This document shows, one piece after another, positions 17,592-26,937 of a stretch of DNA of 64,000 bases; within the stretch, counting starts at the first letter, position 1, and the number at the start of each line of letters is the position of its first letter. The position numbers and the translations under genes are program-made. The notes under the pieces were generated by a model. The model had not been told where the DNA came from and searched no databases. It was given only the letters and a program-made list of their open reading frames with translations. The stretch comes from a virus (lineage: Duplodnaviria; Heunggongvirae; Uroviricota; Caudoviricetes). The stretch covers positions 44,263 to 108,262 of IMG/VR virus record IMGVR_UViG_3300020429_000539; one strand, written 5' to 3'.

Positions 17592-18248
17592 CTATAGGCC
17601 GCGTCTAGAAGCATGCAAATCGCATTTTATCGAGTCGTGAACGTACCAGTCTTCAATGCCTGCGTCAAATGCCAACCTATATCCATTCATGACCAATATA
17701 CCGTAGATCGAACTTCTTTGAACGTGTTTGCATCTGTGCGAGATAGTTATTGTTCCAAAGGTATACCTGTTAAAATCTAATGATTCGAGAACCTCAACTT
17801 CAGCGCCTTCTATATTGAGACTAAGATATTCAATGAAATCTGGAGCCTTGTTTTCTTCAAGTAGTTCCATAAGGCAAACAGTCTTTACCGTATCATGAAC
17901 TATTTCTCGTTCTTCATCGAGGCCGCGTATGCTGTTGGCATTGAAATATCTCTCAAAGGCGCTACAGCGGTTATCCTGGTTATGAAAATCTATCAAAAAC
18001 TCTTCCTCGACATCTGATGCTTTACCAAGGGCTCGATGGTCTGTGCAGCAGAACCGATTTTTGTTGATGAGGTCAAAAGCGGGACTCGGTTCGATGAGAA
18101 TACCTGTCCAGCCATGTTTTTCGAGAATAAAAGTATTTGACAAACTGGTTCCGTCGCTTGCTCCTGCTTCTACAAAGAAACCGCTGTTTTTGCGGTTATA
18201 GACGGTTTGGAAAACCCATGAATCTTGTCCCAATTTACTTGTTAACAT
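17592..18248 (-). CDS. FkbM-family methyltransferase
   Basis: SKLGQD, FFVEAGASDG...SNT, ILIEP, LSLNIEGAE. Confidence 0.85.
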   Translation of the reverse strand: MLTSKLGQDSWVFQTVYNRKNSGFFVEAGASDGTSLSNTFILEKHGWTGILIEPSPAFDLINKNRFCCTDHRALGKASDVEEEFLIDFHNQDNRCSAFERYFNANSIRGLDEEREIVHDTVKTVCLMELLEENKAPDFIEYLSLNIEGAEVEVLESLDFNRYTFGTITISHRCKHVQRSSIYGILVMNGYRLAFDAGIEDWYVHDSIKCDLHASRRGL

Positions 18249-18331
18249 TCTCCAGTTGTCCTGTCGAAGGTATTTCGGACTTTTTTCGCTATTATTTGGA
18301 TACCATCTTACCGAATAGGAGACCTTCTAAA

Positions 18332-18631
18332 ATGAAACCAGAACAGATAATTCAGTCCCTTATGGGCCTGCTCATCCTTGTCCTCAGCGGCCTTTTTACA
18401 TGGTCGCTTGGCCGCATCAATGACCTTAATGATGATGCCGCTGCTTTACGCACGGAGATTGCTCTGATGCAGCAAACCCTCGAAGCTATTAAGGACAATA
18501 GCGAGGCTGATACAAGTCAGAACGTGCAACTAAGTAAACAATGGCGAATTGTTAGCACGCACAAGGACTGGATTAATGACCTTCGTGCAAGAGAAGGTCT
18601 GCCTATTGTTAGCTGGCCTCCGCTAGACTAA
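18332..18631 (+). CDS. membrane-anchored coiled-coil protein
   Basis: AGGAG SD; N-terminal TM helix followed by a heptad-rich region. Confidence 0.5.
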   Translation: MKPEQIIQSLMGLLILVLSGLFTWSLGRINDLNDDAAALRTEIALMQQTLEAIKDNSEADTSQNVQLSKQWRIVSTHKDWINDLRAREGLPIVSWPPLD

Positions 18632-19551
18632 AATACCTGGTCAAACACGAAGTCAGGAAACAAGTTTTGTTGAACCGTTCTTGGTATACGCTCATAGGCG
18701 TTTGTCAGGAACGGTTGCGATAATACGTAGTTTCTATTTACAGCCGAAAGTCGGCGAAAGTATTCTTCCGGTGTAAGACTGTTGCAGATGTTGAAGATGT
18801 CTTCTTCATCTTTAGCAAAGAGGATACCATCAGTATCAAAGAAGTCTCCGATGTTTGGACATCCAATATAGATTGGTATGGTTTTCGTACAAAAGCAATC
18901 GATGATTTTCTCTGTAAAGTAGTCCTTCTCGATGCTGTTTTCCAGGGTAATCGAGAACATGGCTCTGAACAGTTTATTCTTAGCTTCATCTCTTGTATGT
19001 ATGCTTGGTAGCCCAAAGTCATTCTTCATTGGCTTTCGTGAGCTATTGTAGAAGTGTTTGGGCGTAGATATCCTGTCTTGGTCGTTCCAGATGATATGAC
19101 GCATAAGCTGAAGAGGAGAATCTGTTTTATTCGTGCAAACGAACGATACAGCAAACTGCTTATCAAATGACCTGTATCTTGAAGAGAATGACTTGGGTAT
19201 AAAAGAGTACGCGCTGAGTGTGTGGATGCAGTTCGGAATCTTCCCTACAACACGTTCATCAAAATCAAAAACATAGCTGAGTTTGTGATGATTTTCTTTG
19301 ATGAAATCGGGGTATTCATCAGACTTGATGGTTGTCTTTTTGTCTCCATCCAGGATGGTAATGACTTTATAAAGTTGAGGTTCGCAGCTATAATATCCAA
19401 CTGTAACAATGCCTCTCTTCGCTCGGTCTTCTACTTCTGCATCCGATGGAAAGCGCAAGATAAAAGCTTCAACAGGCTTTGGAGTCAGGCATTCCTGTTC
19501 GACAACGTTCTTGTCGCTATACCAGGTACAATGTAGAGGATAAAGCTTCAT
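18628..19551 (-). CDS. glycosyltransferase family 10 (fucosyltransferase-like)
   Basis: FSITLENS...DYFTEKIIDCF...TIPIYIG, the GT10 alpha-1,3-fucosyltransferase motif. Confidence 0.85.
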   Translation of the reverse strand: MKLYPLHCTWYSDKNVVEQECLTPKPVEAFILRFPSDAEVEDRAKRGIVTVGYYSCEPQLYKVITILDGDKKTTIKSDEYPDFIKENHHKLSYVFDFDERVVGKIPNCIHTLSAYSFIPKSFSSRYRSFDKQFAVSFVCTNKTDSPLQLMRHIIWNDQDRISTPKHFYNSSRKPMKNDFGLPSIHTRDEAKNKLFRAMFSITLENSIEKDYFTEKIIDCFCTKTIPIYIGCPNIGDFFDTDGILFAKDEEDIFNICNSLTPEEYFRRLSAVNRNYVLSQPFLTNAYERIPRTVQQNLFPDFVFDQVF

Positions 19552-20168
19552 TCAGGCAGAAACCAATCTTCAAACTCGACTTGTTTTTCAAGCCTGTATC
19601 CATGCTGATGCATGAACTTTCTTACACCATCTCTGTTATCGGCTATATGGTTGTGTTCTATAGTCAGAGCCCCGAACTTCCTGCGAGAGAAATCGCATCC
19701 TTCGAGGCATGCAAGTTCAGCGCCTTCGATGTCAAGACTCATGTAATGAATATAATTTGGCGCATCAAAGAGTTCCAGAACAGCTTCAAGAGTCTGACAG
19801 ATAACAGTAATTGGCTGAATATCTGAGTTTTCAAATTCAGGAAAGAGTTCTTGAACTCGATTGATTTCTTCAAATGAGTTATAGCATCTATGACCTCTTA
19901 TAGAAACATCTAGAAACTCGCGCATACCACATTTTGCATCAACAGCCACGTTGATAACCTTGCAGTTACGGGTTTCTTTTAGATATTCATACAAAGAAGG
20001 GGTAGGCTCTATGCATATGCCATCCCAGCCTAATCGCTCTAGATTATAGGTATTGGAGTAAACAATAGGATCGTATGCTCCTACATCGAGGTAGTAGCCA
20101 TTGGTGACGCCAGGAAATACCTGTTCGATTATCCATTGGTCTTGAAGTAGTTGGCCTTTGTATTCCAT
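19548..20168 (-). CDS. FkbM-family methyltransferase
   Basis: QDQWI, YYLDVGAYD...SNT, GICIEP, MSLDIEGAE. Confidence 0.85.
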   Translation of the reverse strand: MEYKGQLLQDQWIIEQVFPGVTNGYYLDVGAYDPIVYSNTYNLERLGWDGICIEPTPSLYEYLKETRNCKVINVAVDAKCGMREFLDVSIRGHRCYNSFEEINRVQELFPEFENSDIQPITVICQTLEAVLELFDAPNYIHYMSLDIEGAELACLEGCDFSRRKFGALTIEHNHIADNRDGVRKFMHQHGYRLEKQVEFEDWFLPE

Positions 20169-20184
20169 GCGCTACCTCATCAAG

Positions 20185-20270
20185 CGGAAGGTGGGGGAAT
20201 CGAACCCCCAAGGGCTATGAACCCATGCTGGTTTTCAAGACCAGTTCCTAAGCCAATTCGGGTACCTTCC
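20185..20270 (-). tRNA. tRNA-Ser(UGA)
   Basis: CTGGT-CTTGAAA-ACCAG with a long variable arm. Confidence 0.9.
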
Positions 20271-20275
20271 AATAA

Positions 20276-20359
20276 CGGAGAGCAGCGGGGTCGAACCGCA
20301 AGCTTTAACACTCCAACCGCTTTCCAAGCGGTGCCCGTCGCCGTTCGGGATTACTCTCC
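20276..20359 (-). tRNA. tRNA-Ser(GGA)
   Basis: ACCGC-TTGGAAA-GCGGT with a long variable arm. Confidence 0.9.
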
Positions 20360-20659
20360 AAGAGTTTTCTTATACAACTTATGCGCTATGATATCAGATG
20401 TTAGCATCATGCATCCACAACAATCATCGCCGCATTTGTCCCAATCATCGTGTTGAACAATACCGGCTTTTCTGCCTATTTTATGAATAGTGTCGTCTAT
20501 ATTCTTAAGATGGTTGTAGTCCATCCGTAGTTTGCGAATTTCTTCGCGGAGTTCTTTTGCCTCTTTTTGAAGTTCAACATAGTCATCAAGAATCGAGCCC
20601 AAAATACTTTGTAGCTCTTGTTTGAATGGCTCGGATTCTTTTAGACTACTGCTATTCAT
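20351..20659 (-). CDS. hypothetical coiled-coil protein
   Basis: 102 aa; ATGA overlap with the upstream gene. Confidence 0.55.
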   Translation of the reverse strand: MNSSSLKESEPFKQELQSILGSILDDYVELQKEAKELREEIRKLRMDYNHLKNIDDTIHKIGRKAGIVQHDDWDKCGDDCCGCMMLTSDIIAHKLYKKTLGE

Positions 20660-21168
20660 GTCAGGTCTTCGATTTTAGTATCGGATGTTGCGTTTTTGAC
20701 GAGTCCGATTGCATGCTCGGCATCGGCTTTGTTCTTGTAGCCATCGCCAGAGTTTGCGATGATGCGACCGTTCTTGGCTCGTAGACGCCAGCGGAACTCG
20801 CCAGAAGCATCCTTGTATATCTCAAACTCGCGAGGCGAGCCAGTTTCGCAGTTACACCCCTTGGCGCAAGTTTTTTCGGCTTTAGGAACCGGATTCTCAA
20901 CTGGCGGAACAGGAAAATCCGTTCCACCAAATTCGCCAGCGCCATCAAAACCATAGTCTCCCATTGTCTTCTCCTTTTCATCTGAACGGAAGGCAGAGGG
21001 CACGATCCTCAACGGTCTTTCACGTCCACCTGTTTTCGAAACAGGGCCGGAACCAGCTTCCGGTTTACCTTCCATATGCTTGCTCGTCCTGAGAACGAGC
21101 ATAGCAATAAAAGTGGCAAATAAGAACCCGATTGTGATTCCGATACCTACGAGTAGAACTGCGTCCAT
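20656..21168 (-). CDS. YegP/DUF1508-domain protein
   Basis: C-terminal FEIYKDASGEFRWRLRAKNGRIIANSGDGY...AEHAI. Confidence 0.8.
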   Translation of the reverse strand: MDAVLLVGIGITIGFLFATFIAMLVLRTSKHMEGKPEAGSGPVSKTGGRERPLRIVPSAFRSDEKEKTMGDYGFDGAGEFGGTDFPVPPVENPVPKAEKTCAKGCNCETGSPREFEIYKDASGEFRWRLRAKNGRIIANSGDGYKNKADAEHAIGLVKNATSDTKIEDLT

Positions 21169-21222
21169 AAAACCGCCTTCCGTATTCGGATAGTATCGGC
21201 TTTCGTAGAATATCGCTTGAGC

Positions 21223-21970
21223 TTATTCACTCAGACAATCGAGGTTGCCTTTCATCACTTCTTTGATGTTGCGAGTCTTTCGACCTGTTCTGTGGTCTGT
21301 TACTCGGTTCTGCAAGAAGTTGTACGTCCTTGCTTTCCCTGACCTTGAACCTCCACCAATTTGTTCCTGACGCCTTTCGTTATGCTGAGAATGCCTTTTT
21401 TCTTCTTCAAGGCTCGCAACACGCGAAGCGAGGATTTCCATGGCTTTTTGTTTGTTCTGATGCTGCGACCGGCCATTGATGAACACTTGAAGACCTGTTG
21501 GCTTGTGGGTCATCCGAACAGCCGAATCCGTTTTGTTCTGATGCTGACCACCTGGCCCACTTCCTCCTTGGGTCTTGATTTCGAGGTCGCTTTCCCTCAG
21601 GTACGGTGCCTGTGCCTTGAGGATAGGCATGACCGCAACACTGACCGTTGAGGTATGCTTTCTACCTCCCCCATTCTTGGGGCATCGTTGAACAACGTGC
21701 TTGCCGCCTTCGTTTTGGAACGCTTGCCAGACGCCGCGACCCTTGACTTCGAAGGCAAACCAGCCGTAGTCCGTTGACAGGAGTTCTGTTTTGAATCCAC
21801 GATTGGCTGCATAGGTCAGGTACATAGACCCAAGAGTTTCAACGAAGTCTTTCGAGTCATCGCCACCTTCGCCAAAGCGAATTTCAACGATAATCGCTGA
21901 GGGGTCAAAGACGCTCCTGACCTCGTTGCTTGACCTGCTGTTTGTTCATACGCTTGCTTTTCTTACCCAT
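21223..21970 (-). CDS. class I peptide chain release factor lacking domain 1, translated via a +1 frameshift (about 248 aa)
   Basis: GPGGQHQNKTDSAVR (GGQ motif), RTYNF, RVTDHR. A 21-codon first frame ends AGGAG-CGT-CTT-TGA-C; the +1 frame continues DPSAIIVEIRFGEGG. Confidence 0.85.
21904..21918 (-). promoter_or_regulatory. RF2-type programmed +1 frameshift site
   Basis: Internal SD AGGAG, 3-nt spacer, CTT TGA C, the same geometry as bacterial prfB. Confidence 0.85.
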
Positions 21971-22199
21971 AGCCATCTCCTTTACGTTTTGGGCACTCTT
22001 CAACACCGCCTAAAGAGGGGGCGGCGATATGCAGACCTCGGAATAGGGCTCAACGGGCTCCCCCAAATAGGAAAACTTGCCCGTTTTGCCAGAAAAAACC
22101 TTTCCCCTCGCTTGCGGCCTTTCATTCACTTGCTATGCTCTGTCAAGATGGGCAACGCTGTGTTGCTCAGAGGAAGCATTCAGTTCAAGGAACCGAATC

Positions 22200-22937
22200 A
22201 TGAAGAAGCTTTTTTCGACCATCGCTCTCGCTTCGTTCGCTGGCCTCTCTGCCGGACAGCAGGTCAGTTTCACTGCGGCAAGCGCCGGGTCCGTGCAGGC
22301 GGGCTGCGCTTTGCCCAACCCCATCACTGTCGCTGCTTGCTGGGAGTGTTTTCAGGATCTTCTCGATGACTGCGACGATGACAACCCCAACGATGACCGT
22401 CGTCAGGCGTGCTACGACGGGGCCAACAACTTCTTTACCTGGTGCCTCGGTCGCGTTCCGGCGGCTACGCCGAACTCGCCTCGTCGCACCGGCCTCAATC
22501 CCGACCTGAATCTCCACGAGTCGTTCGACATCCGTGGCGACATGCAGTACGAGATGTTCGTGCCTGCGGGCACCGAGGCCGATGACATCGCCGTGTTCAT
22601 CCGCTACTTCGACGGCAACGAGAGTCGGCAGGTTCGTCTCGACGAGACTGAGTTCTTCGTTTTCGACCAGACCGGCGTCGAGGACTTCTTCTTCTTCATC
22701 GTCATCGATACCAACCTCGATGTCAGCGCTTCGAGCAGCGTCGGCGTCATCACGGGCATCGAGTCGGACTCGGGCACCATCGACTACGCTTTCGCTCTGT
22801 CGGCTGATGTCATCGATTCGTTCGACATCAACGGCGATGGCGTGTTCGATAACTTCGACCGCATCGAGGCGATGACTCAGTTCTCTCGTGGGGAACTGGA
22901 CCACGCGGCTCTGACTCGCATCTTGCACGCTGACTAA
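22200..22937 (+). CDS. secreted protein with C-terminal dockerin/EF-hand-like motif
   Basis: Signal peptide MKKLFSTIALASFAGLSAG; Cys-rich N-region; FDINGDGVFDNFD; GC-rich codon usage; terminator at about 22965-22991. Confidence 0.65.
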   Translation: MKKLFSTIALASFAGLSAGQQVSFTAASAGSVQAGCALPNPITVAACWECFQDLLDDCDDDNPNDDRRQACYDGANNFFTWCLGRVPAATPNSPRRTGLNPDLNLHESFDIRGDMQYEMFVPAGTEADDIAVFIRYFDGNESRQVRLDETEFFVFDQTGVEDFFFFIVIDTNLDVSASSSVGVITGIESDSGTIDYAFALSADVIDSFDINGDGVFDNFDRIEAMTQFSRGELDHAALTRILHAD

Positions 22938-23001
22938 ACCAGCGTCTTCTTCTTTCTTCCTTGAGCGTCGGCAGCAATGCCGGCGCTTTTTCATGCGCAA
23001 A

Positions 23002-23085
23002 CGGAGAGCAGCGGAGTCGAACCGCAAGCTTTGACACTCGCATTCCTTAGCAGGGAAGCCCCGTCGCCGTCAGGGTTTACTCTCC
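23002..23085 (-). tRNA. tRNA-Ser(GCU)
   Basis: TTCC-CTGCTAA-GGAA with a long variable arm. Confidence 0.85.
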
Positions 23086-23102
23086 ATGATTCCTATTTGT
23101 AA

Positions 23103-23174
23103 CTGAGGAGGCAAGGCTCGAACTTGCATTTCCGGGTTCAGAGCCCGGCGTCCTACCAATTAGACGACTCCTCA
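23103..23174 (-). tRNA. tRNA-Gln(CUG)
   Basis: CCGGG-CTCTGAA-CCCGG. Confidence 0.9.
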
Positions 23175-23181
23175 AAATAAA

Positions 23182-23252
23182 CAGGGACAAAGGGATTCGA
23201 ACCCCTAATACTTGGACCAAAACCAAGCGTGTTACCGTTACACCATGTCCCT
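23182..23252 (-). tRNA. tRNA-Gln(UUG)
   Basis: CTTGG-TTTTGGT-CCAAG. Confidence 0.9.
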
Positions 23253-23254
23253 AG

Positions 23255-23325
23255 CAGGGCGACTGGGACTCGAACCCAGAATAAGGGTGTCAAAGACCCT
23301 TGTGTTGCCATTACACTACCGCCCT
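23255..23325 (-). tRNA. tRNA-Gln(UUG)
   Basis: AGGGT-CTTTGAC-ACCCT. Confidence 0.85.
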
Positions 23326-23598
23326 AGCGGAAAATCAAACAGGTATTCACTTGCCAAAGAGGTACACGAAAACAAGACCTAATCTCTCGACTAGGCCTTG
23401 GACAGGTCTCAACTCAGTTCTGAACTGGGGTCAGTTCATGGAGCGAGAGCGCAAGGCCAGCCGAAGCTCGAAGAGCTTTGTGAGGACTGACTTTGCTGCT
23501 GTTGCATCAACATGAACGCGGTTCTCCGTGCCCCATTATACCACCGAACGAGGCTCTTTCCTTCTAAATCGGCGAAAAATCTTCCCAACGTGAGAAAT

Positions 23599-23793
23599 TC
23601 ACTCAGTTTTGATGGGGATTCGAGGATATTGCAGGTGGTGCGCTGCTATTTCTTGGCTCGGGTCAAGGTGAAACAGCAAGTCCAATAAATGCCCAACAGC
23701 ATCTTCATGGGCATCATTTTCAATGCAATACTTGAGAGCATCAAGCTTCTTTTGCATTGTAAGAACAGGTACGCCATTTTGGGTGTCATTCAT
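23599..23793 (-). CDS. hypothetical protein
   Basis: 64 aa directly after the deoxyribosyltransferase-like gene. Confidence 0.45.
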   Translation of the reverse strand: MNDTQNGVPVLTMQKKLDALKYCIENDAHEDAVGHLLDLLFHLDPSQEIAAHHLQYPRIPIKTE

Positions 23794-23795
23794 GT

Positions 23796-24353
23796 TTATC
23801 TCTTGATTGGCTTTTTGAGAATCGCCTTCGCTGCCAGTGAAACATCTTCAACGACATCATCAAGCTTGAGTCGCAGTTTGACTCGCGGGTCATACAGCCC
23901 AATCTGTTGCTCCAAATCGAACCTGCGAGAGTAATCAGGGTCGCATCCAACAAAGACCCACGGAAACTCGCCATCTGTTTGAGATGAGTTCTCAGAGAAA
24001 GCGTAGTCTCGTCCTCTTCCAAGAAACGTGCCAAGCTCGAAGAGCGCAATCGGGCAGACCGTTTCTTTCGGAAACCAGAACAATACGAGACGACATGCTC
24101 GCAAATGCTCGAACTCCCATTGAATTTGTGCAGCAGCCTCGTGTCCTGACTTGGCAAGGTCAACGCCCTCTCGCCGGGGATTGACGACATACAGAGAGGT
24201 CTCATCGAGAAGTTTTTTGGCTGCTTCTTTCTGCCAGTTCTGAGTGCCTGAGATTCCGCCAGCTAAGAAGACGGCTTCTCGACCAGAGTTATAAAAGTCG
24301 CGGATAGGAAGAACCTTCGGTGACTCGATATAACGTTTGTCTATGATCGTCAT
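23796..24353 (-). CDS. nucleoside 2-deoxyribosyltransferase-like protein
   Basis: VFLAGGI...NWQ, VNPRR, QIQWEFEHL, FWFP...CPIALFELG. Confidence 0.8.
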   Translation of the reverse strand: MTIIDKRYIESPKVLPIRDFYNSGREAVFLAGGISGTQNWQKEAAKKLLDETSLYVVNPRREGVDLAKSGHEAAAQIQWEFEHLRACRLVLFWFPKETVCPIALFELGTFLGRGRDYAFSENSSQTDGEFPWVFVGCDPDYSRRFDLEQQIGLYDPRVKLRLKLDDVVEDVSLAAKAILKKPIKR

Positions 24354-24676
24354 ATTATTTTCAATTCCATTAAGGAGAAAACACTGGAAGCAATAAAAAA
24401 CACTATTCCCAGAAATCCTATAAAGCCTTTGATCTGTACTTCATAACGTGGTTTTTCTTTTGGAAAGCAATCTCTAATATACACTCCAATTGGTGTGGTT
24501 AGTCCTCTAAATAATAAAGCAAACAGAACAAGCAAAATCGGCAATGCATCCATTTTTTGAGATGGAGGAGATGTAAGTGTCCCACCTTTTGTAGTCCAAG
24601 TCATAACTATCAGTAATACTGCAACAAGAGCCGAAGGCATTGCATCATGCAACCATAAATTACTTAAATCTTTCAT
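24350..24676 (-). CDS. small membrane protein
   Basis: Three hydrophobic segments; AT-rich. Confidence 0.5.
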   Translation of the reverse strand: MKDLSNLWLHDAMPSALVAVLLIVMTWTTKGGTLTSPPSQKMDALPILLVLFALLFRGLTTPIGVYIRDCFPKEKPRYEVQIKGFIGFLGIVFFIASSVFSLMELKII

Positions 24677-24684
24677 TATCTACC

Positions 24685-25839
24685 TCACGGGAAGAGAATT
24701 GCGTCCCTCACGTTGTCGATTTCCAACAGGTACATCACGAGTCGGTCGATACCGATGCCCATGCCGCTTGTTGGGGGCATTCCATACTCAAGAGCTTCGA
24801 TCAACCCATCATCAGCGCCTTCTGGTTTGCCTTCAAATCGTTCGCGCTGTTCGTCTGCTGTGTGAACCTCTTGGAAAGCGTTGGCAATCTCAAAGCCCCT
24901 GCCAAAGACCTCAAACCTATCAGCCTTGCCGTCTGGTCGGGCCTTGCAGAGCGGAGTCTGCTCAAGCGGTTGCCCAACGACGAAGCAGAGTTCCTGCATA
25001 TGCTCGTCGAAGTCTTCGCCATACTTCGCAACGAGGTCATCATACTCGTAGGTTGGCATGTCAGGACACTTGCCGGTCAAATGATGAATCAGGTCGATGA
25101 ACAGGTCTCGCATGTCTTCGATTGCGCCGTTTGACTTGTACATCTCGACCATCGTAAACTCAGGTCGGTGTGTGCGGTCAACGCCTTCGTTGCGGAAGAC
25201 ACGCCCAATCTCAAAGACGCTTGGGAAGCCTGCGATGATGGCCTTTTTGAGAGGGACTTCGAGAGCAATACGGAGATATTTGTCTCGGTTCTCTGCGTTA
25301 TGATGCGTCACGAATGGCTGTGCATTCGCTCCTGTGGGTCGGTCGCTCAGAAGCGGAGTCTCGACCTCCATGAACGCATGGACATCCTCAAGACGCCGGC
25401 GAATCTCACGGATGATTCGGCTACGCATCATGAGGTTGTGCGACTGGTCAGGATTGGCAATCAGATGAGCATATCGCTTGTGATGGATATACTCAGGATT
25501 CTCGATGCCGTGATACTTGTCGGGCCGACCGCCGTTGCATTCAGCGAGCAGCGTGTATTCTTCTGCCCAAACGGTATGTTCGCCCTTCTTGGTCTTGCCC
25601 GTTGTACCGTGAACAGAGATGATGCTCCACATCGGCGGCGGGTCCATTTTGCCACGCAAGCCAACCTGAATCGAATCGGCTGCGTCACGGATGACGACAA
25701 ACGTCAGTTTTCCGAATGTCCGCACAAAAACAACACGACCGACAACTTGAACAAATTCATCATCTCCGAGATGGTTTGCCCAAGTAATTCTAGTGTTGCC
25801 CTTGGTGTCGAGCATTTCTCCCCAGTCTATTCTATTCAT
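24685..25839 (-). CDS. lysS: compact class II lysyl-tRNA synthetase
   Basis: OB-fold (RTFGKLTFVVIRD), motif 1 FMEVETP, motif 2 FRNEG...HRPEFTMVEMY, motif 3 PPTSGMGIGIDRL. Confidence 0.9.
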   Translation of the reverse strand: MNRIDWGEMLDTKGNTRITWANHLGDDEFVQVVGRVVFVRTFGKLTFVVIRDAADSIQVGLRGKMDPPPMWSIISVHGTTGKTKKGEHTVWAEEYTLLAECNGGRPDKYHGIENPEYIHHKRYAHLIANPDQSHNLMMRSRIIREIRRRLEDVHAFMEVETPLLSDRPTGANAQPFVTHHNAENRDKYLRIALEVPLKKAIIAGFPSVFEIGRVFRNEGVDRTHRPEFTMVEMYKSNGAIEDMRDLFIDLIHHLTGKCPDMPTYEYDDLVAKYGEDFDEHMQELCFVVGQPLEQTPLCKARPDGKADRFEVFGRGFEIANAFQEVHTADEQRERFEGKPEGADDGLIEALEYGMPPTSGMGIGIDRLVMYLLEIDNVRDAILFP

Positions 25840-26261
25840 TACAGTGTCGCCGGGTGACTAAAAGGGATGGGGTTGCCGTCAGGATCAACAGAGACCATCG
25901 TGACATGCGCCGTTGTAACTTCCTCGGTCACGTTTGTATCATAGCGCATGACTTCAACACAGACCTCAATAGAGACGCTTTTTGTTCCTGTTTTTTCTGT
26001 TCGGGTATAAAGGCTTACGGTGTCGCCCACCCGAATAGGTCGTTTGAAATCGACTCTATCGAAACAGGCAGTTACCCATTTATGCATTCCATGCCTGCGA
26101 GCCTCGACGAATGCGGCTTCGTCGATCATGCTTAGTACGATACCTCCAAAGACTGTGCCGTACATATTGGTATGCAGAGGCCTCATGACCTGGCGAATAG
26201 CGCAAGACCAGTCTTGACCTTTTTCGATTGCTCGACTAAGACGCGGAGAAGGTGTCATCAT
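25839..26261 (-). CDS. acyl-CoA thioesterase (hotdog fold, YciA-like)
   Basis: PLHTNMYGTVFGGIVLSMIDEAA, VDFKRPI. Confidence 0.85.
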   Translation of the reverse strand: MMTPSPRLSRAIEKGQDWSCAIRQVMRPLHTNMYGTVFGGIVLSMIDEAAFVEARRHGMHKWVTACFDRVDFKRPIRVGDTVSLYTRTEKTGTKSVSIEVCVEVMRYDTNVTEEVTTAHVTMVSVDPDGNPIPFSHPATL

Positions 26262-26294
26262 GTAAGCATGATATCATAATGAGCTTTCACTTGA

Positions 26295-26925
26295 TTATCG
26301 AATAGCGAGCATCAGTCTGTCAATACCAACCGCGAAGCCGATTCCTTCATTATAGCTGCCGCCGCCAAGGACTTGCTTCTGGGCTCCCAGAGAGTTGACG
26401 CTTGCTTCAAAACCGTCATCGACGTAATACGCCAGGCCACGTTTGACCTGACTCGACCATTCGTAGTCTGCGCCGATTCGTTCAAGCATCGCCTTTCCAA
26501 GCGATTCAAGCTCGGCACGAGCAGCTTCAGGATCCCGAGGATTGAGCCATTCAATACCGAACTGAGTGAACTCGCGGTAACGACCCGCCTGTGGCTGTTC
26601 GTATCGCCAGCATCGCGTTTCGTACCAGAGTTTTACGTCTTTACGGGTTCCGAGCTTCTTGGCGAGAAGCTGAACCGTTGCTGTGCCTTCAGGACGGAGG
26701 CAGAGTTCTCGCCCTCCACGGTCCTCGAACACGTACATCTGTCCGAGAATCTCTTTTCCTGCCTTGTCTTCGTAGATTTTAGCAGGCTCGATGAGGGGAA
26801 GCATGATTTCATCGAAACCTTGCTTCTCAGCCGTTTCAGCGAGAGAGTTGATGAAGACGCCTCCGCAGCTTGGCTTCATCGCCAACGAGGAGTCGCGTTC
26901 CCTTTGCTTGCTGTTCCAATCGCAT
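26295..26925 (-). CDS. hisS: minimal histidyl-tRNA synthetase (catalytic core only), requiring a +1 frameshift after codon 24 (about 209 aa)
   Basis: Frame 0 MRLEQQAKGTRLLVGDEAKLRRRL; +1 frame INSLAETAEKQGFDEIMLP, LCLRPEGTA, RYEQPQAGRYREFTQFG, KRGLAYY, GGGSY, GFAVGIDRL. Confidence 0.85.
26850..26864 (-). promoter_or_regulatory. putative His-codon-gated +1 frameshift site
   Basis: GGAGG-CGT-CTT-CAT-C, the same geometry as the release-factor site, with CAT (His) in place of TGA. Confidence 0.7.
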
Positions 26926-26937
26926 GACTTTCTCCTT

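Noticed and set aside
17181-18248. TAG-readthrough fusion of the FkbM gene with the downstream ORF
   Set aside because: They are in frame, but the intervening sequence contains the recurrent promoter motif and a GGAGG-led ATG at 17543, so the downstream gene is independent.
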